A stretch of 64,000 bases of DNA from Bilabrum cf. latius (taxonomy: Eukaryota), in the NCBI GenBank assembly GCA_965178125.1, contig OZ237739.1, positions 434,001-498,000 on the forward strand, written 5' to 3'. Positions within the stretch are counted from its first letter, which is position 1. Every line of letters begins with the position of its first letter. Below are positions 50,101-63,999 of this stretch, one piece after another. The notes beneath the pieces were generated by a model that saw only the letters and a program-made list of their open reading frames with translations, was not told where the DNA came from and made no database searches. The position numbers and the translations under genes were made by a program.

Positions 50101-53100
50101 CACGGCCCGATCACCACCTCGCCCGTGCTGGCGTTCACGCTCGCGTGCGGCGCGCTGCCCAGCAGAGACAGTGGCGTCACCAGCACGCCGCCGCACACCA
50201 CGCGCAGCTTCGTCAGAGACGGCCCGCTCACGGACACCACCGAGATGCTCGCAGGGTCCAGCACGCCGTCGGGCCCGCCAGGACGCACGCGGATCACCAC
50301 GTCCCTCGCCGTGCCCGCTGGCAATGCGGCGGCCACCACCACCTCCACCGACTGGCCGCCCACCACGCTCGACGGACTCAGCGACGAGCTCAGGCTGCTG
50401 TCCGGCGTGCGCGCGTACATCTGCACCGCAGGATCCGCGTGCTGCATCAGCACATCTGCCTCCGCTGCCACGCTCGCGTTGCGGGAGTCGCCCACATCGG
50501 GGTGCGACCACCACCGGGCAGACAGGCTCGCGTTCACGCTGCCGCCAAGGTCGATGCTCGGCAGAAGCTCCACCTCCACCACCACCGACAACGAGTCGCC
50601 CACGTCCAGCCGAGGCCACACGATCACCGCGCATGCAAGGCTGTCCGCAGACACCCCGGATGCCGACGCAGATGCCGCGTCCGCTCCCGCGCGACGAGAC
50701 CCGCCCTCGCTCCACGCCGGCTGCACCACGCCGTTCACCCACACGCCAGACACCACGTACCTGCCGTCCAGCAGCGTCGAGTCCAGCAGCGTCACGTTGA
50801 ACACAGACGCGGCCGATCCGCCCGCATGCCCCACCGTCATGGTGAAGTTCAGCTTGTCGCCGCCGTCCGTGTCCGTGAAGGCCACGGGGCTCACGCCGGG
50901 CGCTGCCAAAGACCCCTCTGATACCGTCAGCGTCACCACGCGAGACACGGCCTCGCCGCCGCTCAGGTCAGACCCAGACACAGACGCCGTCGCATCCACG
51001 CCCACGCCGCCCTGCGCCGCCGCCGTGTTGCGGACCACGCCGCGCAGCACGATCTCCACGCCCTCCACAGTCAGCCCATCGTCCGTGCCGGCGTTCGTCA
51101 CGTCGCCCAGCTGCACCGTCGCCGTGCCGGCCGCCCCGTCCACGCTCCAGTGGGACGAGTTCAGACCGCTCAGCGCGCCCGATCCGCCCGCAAGCGACGA
51201 CGTCACGTTCGACCCGGACCCTGCCGTGGCTCGCACTGACACCACCTCCAGCAGCTCCAGCACGTCCGCTCGAGACAGGCTCACGCTCACCGACGACCCC
51301 ACCAGAGTGCCTTCCGCAAGCTACAGCACCGCCGTCAGCTCCACCACCTGCCCCACCGCCACGCGCCCGGGACCCGCCACACTAGGATCCTCCACGCTCG
51401 CGTTCCACACCAATCCAGGGCCAGGCACTGACACGGCCGTCGACACAGGCGCCTCGGAGCTCTCGTTCCGGCTCACCCCGTACAAGCTGCCCACCACCGG
51501 GTGCGAGCTCCACTCCACCCGCACGTCCGTCGGCACCGTCGTGCCAGATGCAGCCGCGTCCGTCAGACGCACGCGGTACACCAGCACAGAGCTGCTCACC
51601 ACAGACTCCAACACGGCCCACTCGCCGCTCGTGCTGTGCCCGATCACCGACCCGCTCGTCTCGCGGCTGTACCGCTCCGTCCCGTCCACCACCACAGACT
51701 CCACCACGTACGACGGGCCCGGCAGCGACGCGTCCACCAGCCGCACCCAGTACGCCTGGTTGTATCCCGCGCCCTGCGTCGCGTTCACTACCACCACCAT
51801 CTGCACCACGTCGCCTCCGTCGCCCACCGCGCTGGCAGGACTCACAGACACAGACACATCCGGCTCCAGCACAGACAGGCTCGCCGACTCGGAGCTCATC
51901 GTCTCCTGCGTCACGAATGCCGCATCCACATCGATGCTGGCCCCGCGAGACACAGCGCTCACGTTCTCCACGGTCGCCTCCAGCACCACCTCCAGGATCT
52001 CCCCGGCGCCAGGCACGCCCACGTCCCGGTCCACATTGCGCAGCACGCACAGAGGCGCCCGGTACCACGACGCCAATGGATCGCCCAGACGCACCACAGA
52101 CAGCCCGGACAGGTCATCCAGATACGACTGCACGCCAGACCCGCCCGACCCCACACCGCTGCAGCTCGACACCAGCACGCTGCTCGGCGACGAGTCAGTG
52201 CTGCCGTTCACCACCACGCGAGCCGACACCACCCGACGCAGACCGAGACCACTCACCAGCGACGATCCCGGCACAGACACGTTCAGCACCGCATCGCTCA
52301 TGCGGGCTTCCGGCAGCGCCACGCTCACGTTCACAGTCACCACGCTGCCCACCACCACGTCCAGGTCGCCAGATGTCGCGCCGTCCGAAGACACAGACAG
52401 GCTCAACGATGGCGACCCCACGCTCAGCGACGATGCAGACGTGGTCGATACCACGGACTCGTTCCGGGACTCAGACGGGCTGGGATGGCTGCCCCACCGC
52501 ACGCTCACGAAAGGCACAGGGTACGATGCCCCGGCCTCCACGTCCGACGACACAAGCACCTCCCACTGCACGGCCAGCACCTGACCCGCTCCCACCTCGC
52601 TCAGCACAAGCACCGCGTCGGCCAGCGACGCAGACCCGCCTGCCACCAGCGACCCGTTCACCCACACGCGACCCACAGAGTACACCGGAGCCCCCGTGGC
52701 CGTCAAGCTCACGTTCGCCAGCACCGAGTCCGCAACCACCACGTCAAACACAGACGCGCCCGCCGACGCGATGGGCCGCAGCACAGTCGAGAACAACATA
52801 GAGTCCCCGCCGTCCACGTCAGATAGCACCGACGGAAGCAACACATCCGGCCGAGACAGGCCCTGCCCCGCCACCGTCAAAGTCACGCTCGAGTTCGTCA
52901 CGGCAGGCACCACGTCCAAGCTAGACACAGACGCGATCACGCTAGACGTCGACCCGGCCGCCGCGTCCCGAAGCACGCGCCCGCCCACCACCACCTCGAT
53001 GGACTCGCTCACGCCATCCAGCGTGTCGTTGTTCACCATCGTGCACGGTCCGATCACCACCTCGCCCGTGCTGGCGTTCACGCTCGCGTGCGGCGCGCTG

Positions 53101-56100
53101 CCCAGCAGAGACAGTGGCGTCACCAGCACGCCGCCGCACACCACGCGCAGCTTCGTCAGAGACGGCCCGCTCACGGACACCACCGAGATGCTCGCAGGGT
53201 CCAGCACGCCGTCGGGCCCGCCAGGACGCACGCGGATCACCACGTCCCTCGCCGTGCCCGCTGGCAATGCGGCGGCCACCACCACCTCCACCGACTGGCC
53301 GCCCACCACGCTCGACGGACTCAGCGACGAGCTCAGGCTGCTGTCCGGCGTGCGCGCGTACATCTGCACCGCAGGATCCGCGTGCTGCATCAGCACATCC
53401 GCCTCCGCTGCCACGCTCGCGTTGCGGGAGTCGCCCACATCGGGGTGCGACCACCACCGGGCAGACAGGCTCGCGTTCACGCTGCCGCCAAGGTCGATGC
53501 TCGGCAGAAGCTCCACCTCCACCACCACCGACAACGAGTCGCCCACGTCCAGCCGAGGCCACACGATCACCGCGCCTGCAAGGCTGTCCGCAGACACCCC
53601 GGATGCCGACGCAGATGCCGCGTCCGCTCCCGCGCGACGAGACCCGCCCTCGCTCCACGCCGGCTGCACCACGCCGTTCACCCACACGCCAGACACCACG
53701 TACCTGCCGTCCAGCAGCGTCGAGTCCAGCAGCGTCACGTTGAACACAGACGCGGCCGATCCGCCCGCATGCCCCACCGTCATGGTGAAGTTCAGCTTGT
53801 CGCCGCCGTCCGTGTCCGTGAAGGCCACGGGGCTCACGCCGGGCGCTGCCAAAGACCCCTCCGATACCGTCAGCGTCACCACGCGAGACACGGCCTCGCC
53901 GCCGCTCAGGTCAGACCCAGACACAGACGCCGTCGCATCCACGCCCACGCCGCCCTGCGCCGCCGCCGTGTTGCGGACCACGCCGCGCAGCACGATCTCC
54001 ACGCCCTCCACAGTCAGCCCATCGTCCGTGCCGGCGTTCGTCACGTCGCCCAGCTGCACCGTCGCCGTGCCGGCCGCCCCGTCCACGCTCCAGTGGGACG
54101 AGTTCAGACCGCTCAGCGCGCCCGATCCGCCCGCAAGCGACGACGTCACGTTCGACCCGGACCCTGCCGTGGCTCGCACTGACACCACCTCCAGCAGCTC
54201 CAGCACGTCCGCTCGAGACAGGCTCACGCTCACCGACGACCCCACCAGAGTGCCTTCCGCAAGCTACAGCACCGCCGTCAGCTCCACCACCTGCCCCACC
54301 GCCACGCGCCCGGGACCCGCCACACTAGGATCCTCCACGCTCGCGTTCCACACCAATCCAGGACCAGGCACTGACACGGCCGTCGACACAGGCGCCTCGG
54401 AGCTCTCGTTCCGGCTCACCCCGTACGAGCTGCCCACCACCGGGTGCGAGCTCCACTCCACCCGCACATCCGTCGGCACCGTCGTGCCAGATGCAGCCGC
54501 GTCCGTCAGACGCACGCGGTACACCAGCACAGAGCTGCTCACCACAGACTCCAACACGGCCCACTCGCCGCTCGTGCTGTGCCCGATCACCGACCCGCTC
54601 GTCTCGCGGTTGTACCGCTCCGTCCCGTCCACCACCACAGACTCCACCACGTACGACGGGCCCGGCAGCGACGCGTCCACCAGCCGCACCCAGTACGCCT
54701 GGTTGTATCCCGCGCCCTGCGTCGCGTTCACTACCACCACCATCTGCACCACGTCGCCTCCGTCGCCCACCGCGCTGGCAGGACTCACAGACACAGACAC
54801 ATCCGGCTCCAGCACAGACAGGCTCGCCGACTCGGAGCTCATCGTCTCCTGCGTCACGAATGCCGCATCCACATCGATGCTGGCCCCGCGAGACACAGCG
54901 CTCACGTTCTCCACGGTCGCCTCCAGCACCACCTCCAGGATCTCCCCGGCGCCAGACACGCCCACGTCCCGGTCCACATTGCGCAGCACGCACAGAGGCG
55001 CCCGGTACCACGACGCCAATGGACCGCCCAGACGCACCACAGACAGCCCGGACAGGTCATCCAGATACGACTGCACGCCAGACCCGCCCGACCCCACACC
55101 GCTGCAGCTCGACACCAGCACGCTGCTCGGCGACGAGTCAGTGCTGCCGTTCACCACCACGCGAGCCGACACCACCCGACGCAGACCGAGACCACTCACC
55201 AGCGACGATCCCGGCACAGACACGTTCAGCACCGCATCGCTCATGCGGGCTTCCGGCAGCGCCACGCTCACGTTCACAGTCACCACGCTGCCCACCACCA
55301 CGTCCAGGCCGCCAGATGTGACTGCATCCGTCACAATTGATAATTGCACAGATGGAGAACTTACCACGACATTGAACGGGTCTGAGGTTACAGACTCGTT
55401 TCGGGCCTCGGACGGGCTGGGATGGCTGCCCCACCGCACGCTCACAGCCGAAGGGTAGACTGCCCCGGCCTCCACGTCCGACGACACAAGTACCTCCCAC
55501 TGCACGGCCAGCACCTGACCCGCTCCCACCTCGCTCAGCACAAGCACCGCGTCGGCCAGCGACGCAGACCCGCCTGCCACCAGCGACCCGTTCACCCACA
55601 CGCGACCCACAGAGTACACCGGAGCCCCCGTGGCCGTCAAGCTCACGTTCGCCAGCACCGAGTCCGCAACCACCACGTCAAACACAGACGCGCCCGCCGA
55701 CGCGATGGGCCGCAGCACAGTCGAGAACAACATAGAGTCCCCGCCGTCCACGTCAGACAGCACCGACGGAAGCAACACATCCGGCCGAGACAGGCCCTGC
55801 CCCGCCACCGTCAAAGTCACGCTCGAGTTCGTCACGGCAGGCACCACGTCCAAGCTAGACACAGACGCGATCACGCTAGACGTCGACCCGGCCGCCGCGT
55901 CCCGAAGCACGCGCCCGCCCACCACCACCTCGATGGACTCGCTCACGCCATCCAGCGTGTCGTTGTTCACCATCGTGCACGGCCCGATCACCACCTCGCC
56001 CGTGCTGGCGTTCACGCTCGCGTGCGGCGCGCTGCCCAGCAGAGACAGTGGCGTCACCAGCACGCCGCCGCACACCACGCGCAGCTTCGTCAGAGACGGC

Positions 56101-59100
56101 CCGCTCACGGACACCACCGAGATGCTCGCAGGGTCCAGCACGCCGTCGGGCCCGCCAGGACGCACGCGGATCACCACGTCCCTCGCCGTGCCCGCTGGCA
56201 ATGCGGCGGCCACCACCACCTCCACCGACTGGCCGCCCACCACGCTCGACGGACTCAGCGACGAGCTCAGGCTGCTGTCCGGCGTGCGCGCGTACATCTG
56301 CACCGCAGGATCCGCGTGCTGCATCAGCACATCCGCCTCCGCTGCCACGCTCGCGTTGCGGGAGTCGCCCACGTCGGGGTGCGACCACCACCGGGCAGAC
56401 AGGCTCGCGTTCACGCTGCCGCCAAGGTCGATGCTCGGCAGAAGCTCCACCTCCACCACCACCGACAACGAGTCGCCCACGTCCAGCCGAGGCCACACGA
56501 TCACCGCGCCTGCAAGGCTGTCCGCAGACACCCCGGATGCCGACGCAGATGCCGCGTCCGCTCCCGCGCGACGAGACCCGCCCTCGCTCCACGCCGGCTG
56601 CACCACGCCGTTCACCCACACGCCAGACACCACGTACCTGCCGTCCAGCAGCGTCGAGTCCAGCAGCGTCACGTTGAACACAGACGCGGCCGATCCGCCC
56701 GCATGCCCCACCGTCATGGTGAAGTTCAGCTTGTCGCCGCCGTCCGTGTCCGTGAAGGCCACGGGGCTCACGCCGGGCGCTGCCAAAGACCCCTCCGATA
56801 CCGTCAGCGTCACCACGCGAGACACGGCCTCGCCGCCGCTCAGGTCAGACCCAGACACAGACGCCGTCGCATCCACGCCCACGCCGCCCTGCGCCGCCGC
56901 CGTGTTGCGGACCACGCCGCGCAGCACGATCTCCACGCCCTCCACAGTCAGCCCGTTGTCCGTGCCGGCGTTCGTCACGTCGCCCAGCTGCACCGTCGCC
57001 GTGCCGGCCGCCCCGTCCACGCTCCAGTGGGACGAGTTCAAGCCGCTCAGCGCGCCCGATCCGCCCGCAAGCGACGACGTCACGTTCGACCCGGACCCTG
57101 CCGTGGCTCGCACTGACACCACCTCCAGCAGCTCCAGCACGTCCGCTCGAGACAGGCTCACGCTCACCGATGACCCCACCAGAGTGCCTTCCGCAAGCTA
57201 CAGCACCGCCGTCAGCTCCACCACCTGCCCCACCGCCACGCGCCCGGGACCCGCCACACTAGGATCCTCCACGCTCGCGTTCCACACCAATCCAGGACCA
57301 GGCACTGACACGGCCGTCGACACAGGCGCCTCGGAGCTCTCGTTCCGGCTCACCCCGTACGAGCTGCCCACCACCGGGTGCGAGCTCCACTCCACCCGCA
57401 CGTCCGTCGGCACCGTCGTGCCAGATGCAGCCGCGTCCGTCAGACGCACGCGGTACACCAGCACAGAGCTGCTCACCACAGACTCCAACACGGCCCACTC
57501 GCCGCTCGTGCTGTGCCCGATCACCGACCCGCTCGTCTCGCGGTTGTACCGCTCCGTCCCGTCCACCACCACAGACTCCACCACGTACGACGGGCCCGGC
57601 AGCGACGCGTCCACCAGCCGCACCCAGTACGCCTGGTTGTATCCCGCGCCCTGCGTCGCGTTCACTACCACCACCATCTGCACCACGTCGCCTCCGTCGC
57701 CCACCGCGCTGGCAGGACTCACAGACACAGACACATCCGGCTCCAGCACAGACAGGCTCGCCGACTCGGAGCTCATCGTCTCCTGCGTCACGAATGCCGC
57801 ATCCACATCGATGCTGGCCCCGCGAGACACAGCGCTCACGTTCTCCACGGTCGCCTCCAGCACCACCTCCAGGATCTCCCCGGCGCCAGACACGCCCACG
57901 TCCCGGTCCACATTGCGCAGCACGCACAGAGGCGCCCGGTACCACGACGCCAATGGACCGCCCAGACGCACCACAGACAGCCCGGACAGGTCATCCAGAT
58001 ACGACTGCACGCCAGACCCGCCCGACCCCACACCGCTGCAGCTCGACACCAGCACGCTGCTCGGCGACGAGTCAGTGCTGCCGTTCACCACCACGCGAGC
58101 CGACACCACCCGACGCAGACCGAGACCACTCACCAGCGACGATCCCGGCACAGACACGTTCAGCACCGCATCGCTCATGCGGGCTTCCGGCAGCGCCACG
58201 CTCACGTTCACAGTCACCACGCTGCCCACCACCACGTCCAGGCCGCCAGATGTGACTGCATCCGTCACAATTGATAATTGCACAGATGGAGAACTTACCA
58301 CGACATTGAACGGGTCTGAGGTTACAGACTCGTTTCGGGCCTCGGACGGGCTGGGATGGCTGCCCCACCGCACGCTCACAGCCGAAGGGTAGACTGCCCC
58401 GGCCTCCACGTCCGACGACACAAGTACCTCCCACTGCACGGCCAGCACCTGACCCGCTCCCACCTCGCTCAGCACAAGCACCGCGTCGGCCAGCGACGCA
58501 GACCCGCCTGCCACCAGCGACCCGTTCACCCACACGCGACCCACAGAGTACACCGGAGCCCCCGTGGCCGTCAAGCTCACGTTCGCCAGCACCGAGTCCG
58601 CAACCACCACGTCAAACACAGACGCGCCCGCCGACGCGATGGGCCGCAGCACAGTCGAGAACAACATAGAGTCCCCGCCGTCCACGTCAGATAGCACCGA
58701 CGGAAGCAACACATCCGGCCGAGACAGGCCCTGCCCCGCCACCGTCAAAGTCACGCTCGAGTTCGTCACGGCAGGCACCACGTCCAAGCTAGACACAGAC
58801 GCGATCACGCTAGACGTCGACCCGGCCGCCGCGTCCCGAAGCACGCGCCCGCCCACCACCACCTCGATGGACTCGCTCACGCCATCCAGCGTGTCGTTGT
58901 TCACCATCGTGCACGGCCCGATCACCACCTCGCCCGTGCTGGCGTTCACGCTCGCGTGCGGCGCGCTGCCCAGCAGAGACAGTGGCGTCACCAGCACGCC
59001 GCCGCACACCACGCGCAGCTTCGTCAGAGACGGCCCGCTCACAGACACCACCGAGATGCTCGCAGGGTCCAGCACGCCGTCGGGCCCGCCAGGACGCACG

Positions 59101-60671
59101 CGGATCACCACGTCCCTCGCCGTGCCCGCTGGCAATGCGGCGGCCACCACCACCTCCACCGACTGGCCGCCCACCACGCTCGACGGACTCAGCGACGAGC
59201 TCAGGCTGCTGTCCGGCGTGCGCGCGTACATCTGCACCGCAGGATCCGCGTGCTGCATCAGCACATCCGCCTCCGCTGCCACGCTCGCGTTGCGGGAGTC
59301 GCCCACGTCGGGGTGCGACCACCACTGGGCAGACAGGCTCGCGTTCACGCTGCCGCCAAGGTCGATGCTCGGCAGAAGCTCCACCTCCACCACCACCGAC
59401 AACGAGTCGCCCACGTCCAGCCGAGGCCACACGATCACCGCGCCTGCAAGGCTGTCCGCAGACACCCCGGATGCCGACGCAGATGCCGCGTCCGCTCCCG
59501 CGCGACGAGACCCGCCCTCGCTCCACGCCGGCTGCACCACGCCGTTCACCCACACGCCAGACACCACGTACCTGCCGTCCAGCAGCGTCGAGTCCAGCAG
59601 CGTCACGTTGAACACAGACGCGGCCGATCCGCCCGCATGCCCCACCGTCATGGTGAAGTTCAGCTTGTCGCCGCCGTCCGTGTCCGTGAAGGCCACGGGG
59701 CTCACGCCGGGCGCTGCCAAAGACCCCTCCGATACCGTCAGCGTCACCACGCGAGACACGGCCTCGCCGCCGCTCAGGTCAGACCCAGACACAGACGCCG
59801 TCGCATCCACGCCCACGCCGCCCTGCGCCGCCGCCGTGTTGCGGACCACGCCGCGCAGCACGATCTCCACGCCCTCCACAGTCAGCCCGTTGTCCGTGCC
59901 GGCGTTCGTCACGTCGCCCAGCTGCACCGTCGCCGTGCCGGCCGCCCCGTCCACGCTCCAGTGGGACGAGTTCAGGCCGCTCAGCGCGCCCGATCCGCCC
60001 GCAAGCGACGACGTCACGTTCGACCCGGACCCTGCCGTGGCTCGCACTGACACCACCTCCAGCAGCTCCAGCACGTCCGCTCGAGACAGGCTCACGCTCA
60101 CCGATGACCCCACCAGAGTGCCTTCCGCAAGCTACAGCACCGCCGTCAGCTCCACCACCTGCCCCACCGCCACGCGCCCGGGACCCGCCACACTAGGATC
60201 CTCCACGCTCGCGTTCCACACCAATCCAGGACCAGGCACTGACACGGCCGTCGACACAGGCGCCTCGGAGCTATCGTTCCGGCTCACCCCGTACGAGCTG
60301 CCCACCACCGGGTGCGAGCTCCACTCCACCCGCACGTCCGTCGGCACCGTCGTGCCAGATGCAGCCGCGTCCGTCAGACGCACGCGGTACACCAGCACAG
60401 AGCTGCTCACCACAGACTCCAACACGGCCCACTCGCCGCTCGTGCTGTGCCCGATCACCGACCCGCTCGTCTCGCGGTTGTACCGCTCCGTCCCGTCCAC
60501 CACCACAGACTCCACCACGTACGACGGGCCCGGCATCGACGCGTCCACCAGCCGCACCCAGTACGCCTGGTTGTATCCCGCGCCCTGCGTCGCGTTCACT
60601 ACCACCACCATCTGCACCACGTCGCCTCCGTCGCCCACCGCGCTGGCAGGACTCACAGACACAGACACATC
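32169..60671 (-). CDS. Internal segment (9,501 codons) of the same giant repeat protein; 12 in-frame TAG, no TAA/TGA
   Basis: Same unit and one frame throughout (36606-39530, 42492-45416, 45435-48359, 48378-51302, 51321-54245, 54264-57179, 57198-60113). The only indels are 3 and 6 bp and keep the frame. Confidence 0.7.
55320..55460 (-). other. Diverged low-GC variant patch in a 2934-bp unit (copy 1)
   Basis: Encodes AVYPSAVSVRWGSHPSPSEARNESVTSDPFNVVVSSPSVQLSIVTDAVT in place of ASYPVPFVSVRWGSHPSPSESRNESVVSTTSASSLSVGSPSLSLSVSSDGAT. Confidence 0.95.
58254..58394 (-). other. Diverged low-GC variant patch in a 2934-bp unit (copy 2)
   Basis: Same patch as 55320-55460, 2934 bp downstream. Confidence 0.95.
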
Positions 60672-60673
60672 CG

Positions 60674-60873
60674 NNNNNNNNNNNNNNNNNNNNNNNNNNN
60701 NNNNNNNNNNNNNNNNNNNNNNNNNNNNNNNNNNNNNNNNNNNNNNNNNNNNNNNNNNNNNNNNNNNNNNNNNNNNNNNNNNNNNNNNNNNNNNNNNNNN
60801 NNNNNNNNNNNNNNNNNNNNNNNNNNNNNNNNNNNNNNNNNNNNNNNNNNNNNNNNNNNNNNNNNNNNNNNNN
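60674..60873. other. Assembly gap (200 N, placeholder length)
   Basis: Run of exactly 200 N; repeat phase shifts across it. Confidence 0.99.
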
Positions 60874-63800
60874 GTCCCCGCCGTCCACGTCAGATAGCAC
60901 CGACGGAAGCAACACATCCGGCCGAGACAGGCCCTGCCCCGCCACCGTCAAAGTCACGCTCGAGTTCGTCACGGCAGGCACCACGTCCAAGCTAGACACA
61001 GACGCGATCACGCTAGACGTCGACCCGGCCGCCGCGTCCCGAAGCACGCGCCCGCCCACCACCACCTCGATGGACTCGCTCACGCCATCCAGCGTGTCGT
61101 TATTCACCATCGTGCACGGACCGATCACCACCTCGCCCGTGCTGGCGTTCACGCTCGCGTGCGGCGCGCTGCCCAGCAGAGACAGTGGCGTCACCAGCAC
61201 GCCGCCGCACACCACGCGCAGCTTCGTCAGAGACGGCCCGCTCACGGACACCACCGAGATGCTCGCAGGGTCCAGCACGCCGTCGGGCCCGCCAGGACGC
61301 ACGCGGATCACCACGTCCCTCGCCGTGCCCGCTGGCAATGCGGCGGCCACCACCACCTCCACCGACTGGCCGCCCACCACGCTCGACGGACTCAGCGACG
61401 AGCTCAGGCTGCTGTCCGGCGTGCGCGCGTACATCTGCACCGCAGGATCCGCGTGCTGCATCAGCACATCTGCCTCCGCTGCCACGCTCGCGTTGCGGGA
61501 GTCGCCCACATCGGGGTGCGACCACCACCGGGCAGACAGGCTCGCGTTCACGCTGCCGCCAAGGTCGATGCTCGGCAGAAGCTCCACCTCCACCACCACC
61601 GACAACGAGTCGCCCACGTCCAGCCGAGGCCACACGATCACCGCGCCTGCAAGGCTGTCCGCAGACACCCCGGAAGCCGACGCAGATGCCGCGTCCGCTC
61701 CCGCGCGACGAGACCCGCCCTCGCTCCACGCCGGCTGCACCACGCCGTTCACCCACACGCCAGACACCACGTACCTGCCGTCCAGCAGCGTCGAGTCCAG
61801 CAGCGTCACGTTGAACACAGACGCGGCCGATCCGCCCGCATGCCCCACCGTCATGGTGAAGTTCAGCTTGTCGCCGCCATCCGTGTCCGTGAAGGCCACG
61901 GGGCTCACGCCGGGCGCTGCCAAAGACCCCTCCGATACCGTCAGCGTCACCACGCGAGACACGGCCTCGCCGCCGCTCAGGTCAGACCCAGACACAGACG
62001 CCGTCGCATCCACGCCCACGCCGCCCTGCGCCGCCGCCGTGTTGCGGACCACGCCGCGCAGCACGATCTCCACGCCCTCCACAGTCAGCCCGTTGTCCGT
62101 GCCGGCGTTCGTCACGTCGCCCAGCTGCACCGTCGCCGTGCCGGCCGCCCCGTCCACGCTCCAGTGGGACGAGTTCAGACCGCTCAGCGCGCCCGATCCG
62201 CCCGCAAGCGACGACGTCACGTTCGACCCGGACCCTGCCGTGGCTCGCACTGACACCACCTCCAGCAGCTCCAGCACGTCCGCTCGAGACAGGCTCACGC
62301 TCACCGACGACCCCACCAGAGTGCCTTCCGCAAGCTACAGCACCGCCGTCAGCTCCACCACCTGCCCCACCGCCACGCGCCCGGGACCCGCCACACTAGG
62401 ATCCTCCACGCTCGCGTTCCACACCAATCCAGGACCAGGCACTGACACGGCCGTCGACTCAGGCGCCTCGGAGCTCTCGTTCCGGCTCACCCCGTACGAG
62501 CTGCCCACCACCGGGTGCGAGCTCCACTCCACCCGCACGTCCGTCGGCACCGTCGTGCCAGATGCAGCCGCGTCCGTCAGACGCACGCGGTACACCAGCA
62601 CAGAGCTGCTCACCACAGACTCCAACACGGCCCACTCGCCGCTCGTGCTGTGCCCGATCACCGACCCGCTCGTCTCGCGGTTGTACCGCTCCGTCCCGTC
62701 CACCACCACAGACTCCACCACGTACGACGGGCCCGGCAGCGACGCGTCCACCAGCCGCACCCAGTACGCCTGGTTGTATCCCGCGCCCTGCGTCGCGTTC
62801 ACTACCACCACCATCTGCACCACGTCGCCTCCGTCGCCCACCGCGCTGGCAGGACTCACAGACACAGACACATCCGGCTCCAGCACAGACAGGCTCGCCG
62901 ACTCGGAGCTCATCGTCTCCTGCGTCACGAATGCCGCATCCACATCGATGCTGGCCCCGCGAGACACAGCGCTCACGTTCTCCACGGTCGCCTCCAGCAC
63001 CACCTCCAGGATCTCCCCGGCGCCAGACACGCCCACGTCCCGGTCCACATTGCGCAGCACGCACAGAGGCGCCCGGTACCACGACGCCAATGGACCGCCC
63101 AGACGCACCACAGACAGCCCGGACAGGTCATCCAGATACGACTGCACGCCAGACCCGCCCGACCCCACACCGCTGCAGCTCGACACCAGCACGCTGCTCG
63201 GCGACGAGTCAGTGCTGCCGTTCACCACCACGCGAGCCGACACCACCCGACGCAGACCGAGACCACTCACCAGCGACGATCCCGGCACAGACACGTTCAG
63301 CACCGCATCGCTCATGCGGGCTTCCGGCAGAGCCACGCTCACGTTCACAGTCACCACGCTGCCCACCACCACGTCCAGGCCGCCAGATGTCGCGCCGTCC
63401 GAAGACACAGACAGGCTCAACGATGGCGACCCCACGCTCAGCGACGATGCAGACGTGGTCGATACCACGGACTCGTTTCGGGACTCAGACGGGCTGGGAT
63501 GGCTGCCCCACCGCACGCTCACGAAAGGCACAGGGTACGATGCCCCGGCCTCCACGTCCGACGACACAAGCACCTCCCACTGCACGGCCAGCACCTGACC
63601 CGCTCCCACCTCGCTCAGCACAAGCACCGCGTCGGCCAGCGACGCAGACCCGCCTGCCACCAGCGACCCGTTCACCCACACGCGACCCATAGAGTACACC
63701 GGAGCCCCCGTGGCCGTCAAGCTCACGTTCGCCAGCACCGAGTCCGCAACCACCACGTCAAACACAGACGCGCCCGCCGACGCGATGGGCCGCAGCACAG

Positions 63801-63999
63801 TCGAGAACAACAGAGAGTCCCCGCCGTCCACGTCAGATAGCACCGACGGAAGCAACACATCCGGCCGAGACAGGCCCTGCCCCGCCACCGTCAAAGTCAC
63901 GCTCGAGTTCGTCACGGCAGGCACCACGTCCAAGCTAGACACAGACGCGATCACGCTAGACGTCGACCCGGCCGCCGCGTCCCGAAGCACGCGCCCGCC
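60874..63999 (-). CDS. Internal segment (1,042 codons) of the same repeat protein; one in-frame TAG at 62335-62337
   Basis: Same unit sequence after the second gap; matches 3059-6185. Confidence 0.65.
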
